Part shown: positions 43,229 to 51,501 of the stretch, one piece after another | How positions within the stretch are numbered: position 1 is the first letter of the stretch | How the letters are laid out: every line of letters starts with the position of its first letter | Source of the DNA: a virus | Strand: one strand, 5' to 3' | IMG/VR virus record: IMGVR_UViG_3300033417_000002 | Coordinates: 1-64,000 of that record | DNA: 64,000 nt | Notes under the pieces: model-generated | What the model was told of the DNA's origin: nothing | Databases searched by the model: none | Seen by the model: only the letters and a program-made list of their open reading frames with translations | Made by a program: the position numbers and the translations under genes

Positions 43229-44050
43229 TCAACCGACCGCCTCTCTCGCACGCTGATAAAGCTCCATTACCTGCGTCCGAACCTCGTCATCCGGCGTCCA
43301 TAGACCCTGAGCGCCAGAGCAATATATCGGCTCCTTAAAACCAACTACGTCCGGCACGTGCCAGGCGAAGCGGCCGGGCGCGTAGTTGCCAAATATAAAT
43401 TCCGGGAGACTGGGCGGCATGGCAATCTCGCCGCCGTAGACGATCCTTCCCATAGGATCATCTGATGTGGCATAGCAACCCATTAGTTTACCCACCCCAA
43501 CAATCGCCTTGTAGGGAAAGTCATCACGGCCGTAAAAACCATGTTGATTCAAATGAGACGCCATCGCCAAGCCAACCTCGCTCTCCCAGCGCACCGGCCG
43601 GGCCGCGGCATGGATGGCCAGCAGACCGCGGTAATTCGTCGCCCAGGAGCGGGTTTCAAAGCGTTTAAGGCCCAAGGCCATTAAAGTTGCCCATGGTTGC
43701 CACAGCGTAATTGCCTTGATCTCGCAATTTGCGAGCGGTGGTTTGCTGCCGCGCAGCCAGGCGGCGGCCAGTTCAATCACTGTACCGTGGCAGGGCGCCG
43801 GGGCACACCAACAGACCAGCGCCGTATTTTCGTCGATTTGACGCAGGGCGTTTAACACGGCCTTATCCCCTGCCTTGATTTTGCTCCACAGCCATTGGCG
43901 GTAGAACTCAATCGGATCATTCACCACCCGGCCCCGCTTGCGCGGGCTGTCAACGAACTGGTTGGCCCGGCCGACGTACATCCAGTTATCGCCGAATGCC
44001 TTTTGCAAGGCTTCGGTGGATTTGTAATTATGATAATTGATGACTGGCAT
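43229..44050 (-). CDS. DUF4326 - ASCH-like fusion protein
   Basis: N-terminal MYVGRANQF ... FYRQWL ... LVCWCAPAPCHG (DUF4326 pattern); C-terminal ITLWQPWATLMALGLKRFETRSW ... LLAIHAA (ASCH-like). Confidence 0.6.
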   Translation of the reverse strand: MPVINYHNYKSTEALQKAFGDNWMYVGRANQFVDSPRKRGRVVNDPIEFYRQWLWSKIKAGDKAVLNALRQIDENTALVCWCAPAPCHGTVIELAAAWLRGSKPPLANCEIKAITLWQPWATLMALGLKRFETRSWATNYRGLLAIHAAARPVRWESEVGLAMASHLNQHGFYGRDDFPYKAIVGVGKLMGCYATSDDPMGRIVYGGEIAMPPSLPEFIFGNYAPGRFAWHVPDVVGFKEPIYCSGAQGLWTPDDEVRTQVMELYQRAREAVG

Positions 44051-44052
44051 TG

Positions 44053-44274
44053 TTAATTCTCCACGCCGATCAGGTACTTGTCCGGTTCGATTTCCCGCGC
44101 CGGAATGACCATCACGCCGGCCACCTGAGTGGCCTCGGTGACAAGCTGGTTGTTAACCTTGCATACGGTTGGCTCACTGCCGTATCGTTCCCGGTAGCGG
44201 GCGACTGCTCGCTGCACCTTCTTTTCCAGCGGATCCCCGCTGTTGTCGTATATCATGATTCCTGAAATCGTCAT
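44053..44274 (-). CDS. hypothetical protein (73 aa)
   Basis: ORF, tightly packed. Confidence 0.45.
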   Translation of the reverse strand: MTISGIMIYDNSGDPLEKKVQRAVARYRERYGSEPTVCKVNNQLVTEATQVAGVMVIPAREIEPDKYLIGVEN

Positions 44275-44276
44275 CT

Positions 44277-44792
44277 CTATTCCTCCGACGAAATGTCCAG
44301 TAGTTGACCGGTTAACCGGTCAAACCTGACCCTGGCTACAGCCAACCCCTGATTTTCCGGCCGTTTCCGCGTGGGCCAGTGATATTGCTCAGCAAAGGCA
44401 ATCATCCAGGGTTTCAGATTCTCGATCAGCGGCAGGTAACCGCACGGGAACAACTGCATCGCTCGCCGACAGATACGGTCGTCACCACCGTTACGGCGAC
44501 TGACCCACCAAGACTGTTTTAGCGTCCTGACGTACAGATTCCAGCCGTAATAAGCGAACCCGTCAACACGGAACACCCAAACAAAACAGGGCTTAACCAC
44601 CTCGTCAGTGGCCCGGATAACGTCCAGCCGCCGGCGCTGCCTGGCGCGCTTGCCGTCCAGGATGTCGCCCTTGGTAATGGGACGGCCGTCCACGACATAG
44701 ACCACATCAGGCGGGTAATTAGAAAGGAATCCGCGCGGTCCATATCCAACGGCTATTTTCCCTCGCTCTTTTCGTTCTCGATCAACTATCAT
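44277..44792 (-). CDS. hypothetical protein (171 aa)
   Basis: ORF, tightly packed. Confidence 0.5.
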   Translation of the reverse strand: MIVDRERKERGKIAVGYGPRGFLSNYPPDVVYVVDGRPITKGDILDGKRARQRRRLDVIRATDEVVKPCFVWVFRVDGFAYYGWNLYVRTLKQSWWVSRRNGGDDRICRRAMQLFPCGYLPLIENLKPWMIAFAEQYHWPTRKRPENQGLAVARVRFDRLTGQLLDISSEE

Positions 44793-44795
44793 GTC

Positions 44796-45062
44796 TCAAT
44801 CCAAAAATAGACTTAATTGCCCCGAATTCCTGGCCACCGGCGCGAAGCCAAATCGCGCCAGCCACTGCTCCGCATCCTGCACCGTGCCGGGAAAGCCGTC
44901 ATCCAAACGGCCGGCGCGGACAGTATAATGCCAGCGCAGCACGGCCGTGACGTTGGCCATGAGGAAAGCGACGTCTTCCGGATCTCCCCACATCTCAGAC
45001 GAAGCAGCGTCCCGGTAAAAACAATGGTCTACCTTCTCCAGCCGGTCCATGAGCGTGTCCAC
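44796..45062 (-). CDS. hypothetical protein (88 aa)
   Basis: ORF, tightly packed. Confidence 0.45.
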   Translation of the reverse strand: MDTLMDRLEKVDHCFYRDAASSEMWGDPEDVAFLMANVTAVLRWHYTVRAGRLDDGFPGTVQDAEQWLARFGFAPVARNSGQLSLFLD

Positions 45063-45117
45063 CAGGCCGGCCAGCTTGACGCCGTGTTTCTGTAGGCCAC
45101 CCGGAAGAGGTTGTCAA

Positions 45118-45465
45118 TCATCCCTTTAGCCACAGCCACATTACCCACATCTGGAACAATTGCATCACAATAGCACCCAACAGAAGCGTCCCCAGCGGCA
45201 TTTTTGGAGCCGGGCAGGCCAACTCCTGCCAGATACGAGCGGAATAGGGCAGGCCCTGCGTCACGGGTACGTACTGGATCCACCACCGCTCCTCACGGCC
45301 GTCAGCGTCACGGGTAGTGACAAGGGCTTTGTCATCCATACGGTAATTGCCGTATGCGTCGAATCGGACCGGGTAGGTGATAAAGGGAACCTTCTCGCCC
45401 GTGACCACGTTGCGGAACAGGTCGGACCCGCCGCTTGATTCTAAATATTCAGCTTGGCTGTCCAT
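45118..45465 (-). CDS. hypothetical protein with C-terminal TM (115 aa)
   Basis: C-terminal LLLGAIVMQLFQMWVMWLWL hydrophobic helix. Confidence 0.5.
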   Translation of the reverse strand: MDSQAEYLESSGGSDLFRNVVTGEKVPFITYPVRFDAYGNYRMDDKALVTTRDADGREERWWIQYVPVTQGLPYSARIWQELACPAPKMPLGTLLLGAIVMQLFQMWVMWLWLKG

Positions 45466-45604
45466 TGGACCCCTCCTCCGCCTCGACGAGTTTCATGACG
45501 AGTTTCATATTAATACGAAAGCGGATGTATACGAGCCTTGCCCGCTCCACGGCCGTTTTTTCTCGAATGCCTCTCCATAGTTCTGCAATTAGTTCGTTCT
45601 TCAT
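45449..45604 (-). CDS. small hypothetical protein (51 aa)
   Basis: Hand-translated MKNELIAELWRGIREKTAVERARLVYIRFRINMKLVMKLVEAEEGSNGQPS; overlaps the next start. Confidence 0.3.
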   Translation of the reverse strand: MKNELIAELWRGIREKTAVERARLVYIRFRINMKLVMKLVEAEEGSNGQPS

Positions 45605-45642
45605 GATTTCCTCGCTTTGATTCGATACTCAAGGTATCAACG

Positions 45643-45765
45643 TCACAGGCTATCCCCGTCATCGTCAATCGTCGGACAATTCCGATAGTCGACGATCATA
45701 ATGACAATTCCCACCACAATCAGGCCGCCGAACAGCCCGGCCAAAATACCAACTAACCACGACAT
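45643..45765 (-). CDS. small membrane protein (40 aa)
   Basis: Hand-translated MSWLVGILAGLFGGLIVVGIVIMIVDYRNCPTIDDDGDSL. Confidence 0.35.
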   Translation of the reverse strand: MSWLVGILAGLFGGLIVVGIVIMIVDYRNCPTIDDDGDSL

Positions 45766-46004
45766 GATTTAATCCTCCATATCAGCAGCACGGCCGCCGC
45801 CAATGCAACGGCCGTGCGCACTAACCACCGGCCAATCACCGGTTGTAATTCCAGCCACAGGCCCAGCGGGCCGTGCAGTTCGACGCTGTCAACGCTTTCA
45901 TTATGAGACTTGCGGCCAGAATCTGGCTTGTTGCAATAATCACACAGGTAATCGACAACAAACTGACCTTTCCTAACCTCTCGAATCGCCTCAATCTTTG
46001 TCAT
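45753..46004 (-). CDS. hypothetical protein with C-terminal TM (83 aa)
   Basis: CDYC motif and a C-terminal hydrophobic helix. Confidence 0.45.
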   Translation of the reverse strand: MTKIEAIREVRKGQFVVDYLCDYCNKPDSGRKSHNESVDSVELHGPLGLWLELQPVIGRWLVRTAVALAAAVLLIWRIKSCRG

Positions 46005-46395
46005 CTAATAAACATCCATTCTCATAAACATTGCCGATAACCTTTACGCTGTGCCAGATGTGCGGCGGGATTGACCAGGGTATTCCCTCCGGAGCGATTT
46101 TTGTAGCGTGAAAGCATCCCTCTATGAATTCGATTTTGCACCGGCCGCCGTGCTGCTGCGTGACGTCGCCTTCGTAGATCTCACGGCCGTTCGCATCGCG
46201 CAGACCGGTCGCCAACTCGAAGGCAGCGCCATGTTGACCCACGTGGTCATAGGCCATGTACATCACCCGCGAAGAATCCTTGATTTCGTCATAAAGCACT
46301 TGCTGCGAGTAGCAATCGGTGATGGCTTCGATACCCCTTGCCGAATCCATAAGCAGCATCTTGCTGCCGGTCCACATTCTCATTTTTGGTGTCAT
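45991..46395 (-). CDS. YopX family protein
   Basis: 134 aa; DANGREIYEGDV ... KVIGNVYEN pattern. Confidence 0.7.
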   Translation of the reverse strand: MTPKMRMWTGSKMLLMDSARGIEAITDCYSQQVLYDEIKDSSRVMYMAYDHVGQHGAAFELATGLRDANGREIYEGDVTQQHGGRCKIEFIEGCFHATKIAPEGIPWSIPPHIWHSVKVIGNVYENGCLLDDKD

Positions 46396-46404
46396 CGGTT
46401 CTCC

Positions 46405-48108
46405 TTACTGAAACGTCTCTGCAACCCTGCCCAGAATCTGCCGCATGGCAATCGGTGTGACTGCGTTGCCGTATTGCTTGACCTGCTCCCGCTTGTTGCC
46501 CAATACAACGTAGGTGCCGGGGAACGCCATGCCCTTGCCGATTTCCGGCGGCTGCAACATGCGAAAGTAACAGTCTTCCACGCTGATTTCGGCCGTTGGC
46601 TGAATCAACCCGTGCCCATTCTCGGTGTGGATGGTCAGCAGTGGATCGGTTACATTGTGCGCCGGGCCTTCCCCATTGGCGTAGCCGATGAAGAAGGGCA
46701 TGACCACGCCGTGCCGGTCAACGGCCGTTAACGTGCCCATTGCCTCATCTACGCCCCGGTTGTTTTCCGTGCCGTAATAGCTCATGAGGAAGGGCGCGGG
46801 CAGCAGCAGGCCGTGATGGTTGCCGTTAGCAGCCACGGTTGACATGGCCTCATCTACGCCTTTGGGGGTGTTAGTTCCGCGCAGTTCTACCATGAAAGGG
46901 GCCATGGTTAAGCCAAACTTGTTTTGAGTGGTCTGGGTTCCCATCGGGTCACCAACCTGGATGTTACGGTCGTCGTAATCGTTGATTGATGTCAGAAACG
47001 CATTAGGCATCACCAGCGCATGGCTTTGCCGCGCCGTCTGCGTGGCCAGTGAGTCAGACACGGCCGTTGCTCCGCCGCCATGCAGGGTATTGATGAGATA
47101 AGGCATCATGAGGCCGTGATGTGCTCCACTGGTCGCTATAGTGCTCATTGCCTCGCTAAGTTGGCGGGCGTCCTGACCGTTGCGAAGCTCGATCATCAGG
47201 TATTGATTCCCGAACTTTTCCAGCCCCTTCCTGATTCGATTGATGGTCTTTTCCTTCAACGGCCGTTTCCGGTCGCCTATCCGCTCCGCCGGCAGTGACC
47301 AGTCAATCGCATTGGCCGCCGCAAAATGGTAGGGCATGACCTCATTGGCGCACGTCGGGCAGCAGTAAATGTACTGGTCGCCATAGCGCCCCCAGCGCCC
47401 GCCTGTTTTCCGAACGGCCGGTGTCTGCTTCCAACCCTGTACCGCCTCTACATCACGGCAGCAGGTGGAGCATGGCGCCAATGGTCTAAAGTCCAGATTC
47501 GGCCGCTTGTTAACCTTCTTCCAGAAGACGACGTACATCCGATCCCGGCTTTGTGGGGCGAAGTCGTGCGTGGTGCGAACGGTGCGCGGGTCAAGGTGGG
47601 CGAATTGGCTATTGAGGTAAACAATATGATAGTCGTAACCCAACTTATCCATCGCTAATATCCAGGCATCCCACATAATCCAATGCCGGGCATCGACCAC
47701 GTTCTCGGCCACAATCACGTTGTAATCGTGATATTCGGCGAATCGTGGTACATCCCACATCGTCGCCCGGCTTCTTTCGGCCGATGGATCGATGACTTCT
47801 TTTTCCCACAGGTGAAGCTGCTTGCGGCGGCGGGCGGCTCCCTTGGCCACTGAATGATTCGTACATTCTGGCGAAGTCACCAATATGTCAGTGCTTGCAT
47901 ACCGTCGCGGGTCGGTGGCGCTTACGTCGGCGCAGTCGTGGTGCGTGTTGGGGAAATTGGTGTTGTGGGTATCTATGGCAAGCTGCCAATGATTCAGCGC
48001 CAGATACACATCCATGCCAACGTATTCCGCGCCCAGGCTGCTGCCCCCTGCCCCGCAGAATTGATCGGTGACGGTTAAGTACGATTTCTTTTTAGGCATC
48101 TTCGACAC
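46405..48108 (-). CDS. DNA (cytosine-5) methyltransferase with six tandem TRD-like repeats
   Basis: 567 aa; motif I DQFCGAGGSSLG, IV TSPECTNHS, VI AENV, VIII QSRDR, IX-X FRML..PE ... QYGNAVTP; Cys4 insert; residues 303-504 form six 32-35 aa repeats ending ..T(I/V/L)xx...H(G/A)(L/V)xxP. Confidence 0.85.
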   Translation of the reverse strand: MSKMPKKKSYLTVTDQFCGAGGSSLGAEYVGMDVYLALNHWQLAIDTHNTNFPNTHHDCADVSATDPRRYASTDILVTSPECTNHSVAKGAARRRKQLHLWEKEVIDPSAERSRATMWDVPRFAEYHDYNVIVAENVVDARHWIMWDAWILAMDKLGYDYHIVYLNSQFAHLDPRTVRTTHDFAPQSRDRMYVVFWKKVNKRPNLDFRPLAPCSTCCRDVEAVQGWKQTPAVRKTGGRWGRYGDQYIYCCPTCANEVMPYHFAAANAIDWSLPAERIGDRKRPLKEKTINRIRKGLEKFGNQYLMIELRNGQDARQLSEAMSTIATSGAHHGLMMPYLINTLHGGGATAVSDSLATQTARQSHALVMPNAFLTSINDYDDRNIQVGDPMGTQTTQNKFGLTMAPFMVELRGTNTPKGVDEAMSTVAANGNHHGLLLPAPFLMSYYGTENNRGVDEAMGTLTAVDRHGVVMPFFIGYANGEGPAHNVTDPLLTIHTENGHGLIQPTAEISVEDCYFRMLQPPEIGKGMAFPGTYVVLGNKREQVKQYGNAVTPIAMRQILGRVAETFQ

Positions 48109-48307
48109 CTTCTGCTTCGCCAGAGAGGATAATCAACCTACCGTCTTCGGTGGCTTCAAACTGAATGCCACCAGGGGATTCTATTTCTATAGCTCCTGCC
48201 AACAGTAACAAGTTATATTTCAGCCCATTTACCTCAAGAAAAATGCGCTGCACATCATCTACAACTATTGGATCAATTCCTACATAAACTTTGCCTTTAT
48301 TCTTCAT
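48092..48307 (-). CDS. hypothetical protein (71 aa, low GC)
   Basis: ORF in an AT-richer patch between the methyltransferase fragment and the full methyltransferase. Confidence 0.5.
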   Translation of the reverse strand: MKNKGKVYVGIDPIVVDDVQRIFLEVNGLKYNLLLLAGAIEIESPGGIQFEATEDGRLIILSGEAEGVEDA

Positions 48308-48446
48308 TATTTCGAATCCTTTGATGATTGCTCACGTTGGCCCACAGCTGTGACCAAATGCACCGGCTGGCAGCAGCGCCCAGGCTGGAACCGCCCGCCC
48401 CACAAAATTGATCCGTTACCGTTAATCCTGAACTCTTTCGTGGCAT
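48297..48446 (-). pseudogene. remnant N-terminus of a second C5 methyltransferase
   Basis: Hand-translated MPRKSSGLTVTDQFCGAGGSSLGAAAS... mirrors MPKKKSYLTVTDQFCGAGGSSLGAEYVG... of 46405..48108; similarity is lost and the frame breaks after motif I. Confidence 0.55.
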
Positions 48447-48707
48447 TTATGCCTCCTTCACCTTGATTTGCAGCCAGCGCTGGATGCACTTGATACGGCC
48501 GCACGTAATACCGTGCCCGCCGCGACTGTGGCAAACCGGGCACTTGCCGGTTTCTTTCCGGTAAGCGGCCGCTTGCGTGATCTGGTGGTGCGCCATCTCA
48601 TCACGCGCCGCTTGCTGCATGGCGTTTGATTTAGGCCTGGTCACTGAATAGCCCCAAATTGGCGTAATGTCGCTGCTGTCATTTCTCGTTCCTTTAGGCG
48701 CTGCCAC
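48447..48707 (-). CDS. small zinc-finger protein
   Basis: C-terminal CPVCHSRGGHGITCGRIKC; GTG start in the track; an internal ATG (MQQAARDEM...) is an alternative. Confidence 0.45.
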   Translation of the reverse strand: MAAPKGTRNDSSDITPIWGYSVTRPKSNAMQQAARDEMAHHQITQAAAYRKETGKCPVCHSRGGHGITCGRIKCIQRWLQIKVKEA

Positions 48708-48723
48708 GCCTGTAAATCAATGC

Positions 48724-49614
48724 TTAATCCATGTCCTCAACCAGGTCAATAACGTACTGAATGGCATGGCCGAGGATCGCCTTTTCTCGCTCCTCCACTT
48801 CTAAAATATCCTGATAGATGGCATTGTCTCGGAACGGCAAAACCGCCTGGGTGACAATATCAACAAGGACATCAGGAGGAAGCGCATCGAGTTCCCAACT
48901 TTCGTTGCCATAGTCAATGGCATAGCTCTTGAATCGACTGTCCGTTTTCTTGGCGAAATCCGGCGGTGCATCATACTGCTCAACCTGGTCATAGTTAAGC
49001 GCCAACCGCTCCACCTTAACATCAGCCAGGAACATCTCCAGGCGCTCTATATTATCTCTGGTCATGTCGATCCCGGAAGGATCATGATCTCCCAGGTGGA
49101 ATAAAACACACTCGTAGCCGTCGTATAGTTTTGTGTTGAACCTGTCTGCCGCCTCGCGCATCTCGGATAGAGACATGTACCCGCGGCAGGACATGAAATT
49201 TATATCCAGCGGGCGGCAGGCCCGCGCCAGTACCGATTCGAGCGCCTGCTTCTCAACCCAACACTCAATGTAATACTGCTGGCCTTCCCACTTGTTGCGG
49301 TAATAGCTCCGATGAGCGGCCCGGGCCATCTCAACTGGGTTTTCCCAATGCGTGTTTCCTTGCAAGCCCCTCGTGCGATCCTCAATGGCATCCCAATCGA
49401 TCAGGCCCAGAAGACGGCCGTCACCACACGCGCCCACCACCGATCTATACATTTCCGGTGTGTTTCTAATGAGACCTCGCGCCACAAGTTGATAGTGGAT
49501 CTGCCTCACGGTCAGGGTATAGCGCGGGTAATACTCGTTGATGATGTCGTTGATCTGCTCAATAAGCCTGCGCTTTTTTGGCGCGATGTTCTTTTTGATA
49601 TATTGCTGCTTCAT
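48724..49614 (-). CDS. Spo11/Topo VI-A-like protein (5Y-CAP-like plus Toprim)
   Basis: 296 aa; N-terminal TLTVRQIHYQLV (RDIYY-like tyrosine motif); ECWVEK acidic motif; LGDHDPSGIDM Toprim DxD signature. Confidence 0.5.
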   Translation of the reverse strand: MKQQYIKKNIAPKKRRLIEQINDIINEYYPRYTLTVRQIHYQLVARGLIRNTPEMYRSVVGACGDGRLLGLIDWDAIEDRTRGLQGNTHWENPVEMARAAHRSYYRNKWEGQQYYIECWVEKQALESVLARACRPLDINFMSCRGYMSLSEMREAADRFNTKLYDGYECVLFHLGDHDPSGIDMTRDNIERLEMFLADVKVERLALNYDQVEQYDAPPDFAKKTDSRFKSYAIDYGNESWELDALPPDVLVDIVTQAVLPFRDNAIYQDILEVEEREKAILGHAIQYVIDLVEDMD

Positions 49615-49650
49615 TTCCCTATCGCCCTTATTCGATGAAACTAACCCGTA

Positions 49651-50052
49651 TTACCACTCCGTCCTGACCTCGACGTCGCCGAAGCCAACCTTGTTCAACT
49701 CATTGGCCACGAATTTGCACAGAGATGGGCACGCCGGCGACGCTTCCTCAATGGTGGCCACGTAACGGCCGTCGCTAAACTCATCAACCACAAATTCAAC
49801 GCCGGCGCAGTGCAGGTCAGCCCAGTTGATCGGCTCGTCTCGCCAACTGCCATCGGTCGCGGCTGCTTTCCCCAGCGCCGCGTCTACGGCTTCCTCAATG
49901 GCCTTGAAACGGCCGCGAACCCGGCGCAAGTCCACCAAGCCGCCAACGTAATCCTGCACTTCCCGGATCGTCGATTCTATCTTCGCCGGATTGTAGGCAT
50001 TGGCCAACACCGACCAGAGATTGTCGATTACAGAACCGTTCTTGTCGCTCAT
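49651..50052 (-). CDS. hypothetical protein (133 aa)
   Basis: ORF. Confidence 0.5.
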   Translation of the reverse strand: MSDKNGSVIDNLWSVLANAYNPAKIESTIREVQDYVGGLVDLRRVRGRFKAIEEAVDAALGKAAATDGSWRDEPINWADLHCAGVEFVVDEFSDGRYVATIEEASPACPSLCKFVANELNKVGFGDVEVRTEW

Positions 50053-50606
50053 TCTTCCTCACCGTCCTGCACGTTCTTTATCAAGTCCATCACTACCAGC
50101 GCCTCAAGGCGACGCATCAACTCGTAAAGACCGTCCGGCATAGATGGAATCGGGGTCGCCAATTTGAAACCATGCTCTTCTAAATCATCCAGCCTCGCCT
50201 GTACGTGATCGGGCAACGGAGTATGGCTCTGCTCAACAACATCAAATACAGTTCGTTTCCAATGCAACAGATCTTCCAGATAGTTTCCCAGCGCGTTGGC
50301 CCTCAAAGCTGGGCTGGAACGGTTTGCCCACCCAACTGTTACTACCAGCGGATCTAATTGCCGCTTGGCGCTCGGTATCAACGTCACCGCCAGATAGTTT
50401 CTTGGGTTTTGCTTCTCCAGCATTTCGGCAAGAATTACCGCCATCTCGCCAAGTAGTTCGTGGGCTGCCGTAAACTTATAGCCATTTTCATCCATACCGA
50501 AACTGGTCAACGCCATTTCCTCTTCAAGGTCTCTTACAGCTTCGGCAAGGCGCTTCTCGTTCCACCAATCCGTGAAATTATCGAGTGATTTAGTTAACCA
50601 ACTCAT
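50049..50606 (-). CDS. hypothetical protein (185 aa)
   Basis: ORF, ATGA overlaps on both sides. Confidence 0.5.
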   Translation of the reverse strand: MSWLTKSLDNFTDWWNEKRLAEAVRDLEEEMALTSFGMDENGYKFTAAHELLGEMAVILAEMLEKQNPRNYLAVTLIPSAKRQLDPLVVTVGWANRSSPALRANALGNYLEDLLHWKRTVFDVVEQSHTPLPDHVQARLDDLEEHGFKLATPIPSMPDGLYELMRRLEALVVMDLIKNVQDGEEE

Positions 50607-50857
50607 CTCGTTCCTCCTGTCATGTCCAGTTGGTTCATCGCCATCTGGTGCGCCACCGGCAGCTTGGCGTGAACGCCCAGCCCGCGCCGGTCAAAGTTGA
50701 GGCCATTGTCTCCGTCGAACATGGCCACCATAAACACGCTCTCTTTTGGGTCATAGGTAATCTGCGTCATCAGCGTTGACTTCCGCATCGCCTGGGCGAT
50801 GGTAATCAGTTCGTCGGCGGTCAGTTCCGTTACTTCTGCTATAATTGTCTGTGACAT
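50603..50857 (-). CDS. hypothetical protein (84 aa)
   Basis: AAGGAG RBS upstream of ATG 50857. Confidence 0.5.
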   Translation of the reverse strand: MSQTIIAEVTELTADELITIAQAMRKSTLMTQITYDPKESVFMVAMFDGDNGLNFDRRGLGVHAKLPVAHQMAMNQLDMTGGTR

Positions 50858-50881
50858 TGTTTGCTCCTTGTAAATGGTGTC

Positions 50882-50928
50882 ACGGCCGTTCCCTACGCTG
50901 TCCAGGCCCCGGGAACGGCCGTTTTTTA
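50882..50928 (+). terminator. plus-oriented intrinsic-terminator-like hairpin built from two ACGGCCGT copies
   Basis: ACGGCCGTTCCC (50882-50893) pairs with GGGAACGGCCGT (50911-50922), followed by TTTTTT on the plus strand; lies between two minus-strand genes. Confidence 0.35.
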
Positions 50929-51180
50929 TTGCTTATTCTCGTCAAATAAATGCCAGAGGGTTAACCAACGGCACTTGCCCGTGTTAATGTTTTCAACCCA
51001 AATCTCCGGGTGCGCGCGGCTATGGTCAACGACATTGCCGATTTGCGGATGCCCATGATGGGAAAACTCGACTTTGGAGCCAACAGGATACACCTTAGCC
51101 AGCGTAGCAATAAGCTCGTCTTCCAGGTTCTTTTTGTCCTTATAAAGCGTCTTCAGCCTATCAACTTCTGATTGATCCAT
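50926..51180 (-). CDS. hypothetical protein (84 aa), paralog of 51227..51499
   Basis: Shares the KTLY ... L ... G ... V.FS..G....G.V..H ... PE..VENI.T.... WL.LW.L..E pattern with its neighbour. Confidence 0.55.
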   Translation of the reverse strand: MDQSEVDRLKTLYKDKKNLEDELIATLAKVYPVGSKVEFSHHGHPQIGNVVDHSRAHPEIWVENINTGKCRWLTLWHLFDENKQ

Positions 51181-51226
51181 CTCTATACTCCTTTGGCCCT
51201 TACCACTGCCCGGGAACGGCCGTTTT

Positions 51227-51499
51227 TTATTGTTTGTACCTGACTTCCTCCAAGAGGTTCCAGAGCGCCAGCCAGTAGCGCCGGCGTGTTCTGATGTTTT
51301 CTACTCGCAGTTCGGGTTTCACGGCTCCGTGGCCAATGACCTTCCCTTTCTGCCGCTCGCCCTCGTAAGAAAAAACGATCTCCGTTCCCAGCGGGCAGGC
51401 ATCTTGCAGGGCGCGGATCAGCTGCGCCTCCAGCGCTATCTGCTGGTCGTAGAGGGTTTTGACCTTATCCATCGGAGAAGCTGTCTCCACCTGCCCGAA
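51227..51499 (-). CDS. hypothetical protein (90 aa), paralog of 50926..51180
   Basis: ORF 51227..51535 trimmed to ATG 51499. Confidence 0.5.
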   Translation of the reverse strand, partial: FGQVETASPMDKVKTLYDQQIALEAQLIRALQDACPLGTEIVFSYEGERQKGKVIGHGAVKPELRVENIRTRRRYWLALWNLLEEVRYKQ

Positions 51500-51501
51500 C
51501 A

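Noticed and set aside
48307-48543. 78-aa track ORF between the zinc-finger gene and the 71-aa ORF.
   Set aside because: It overlaps 48447..48707 by about 100 nt. Its downstream part is simply an alternative frame of the decayed methyltransferase N-terminus (48297..48446).
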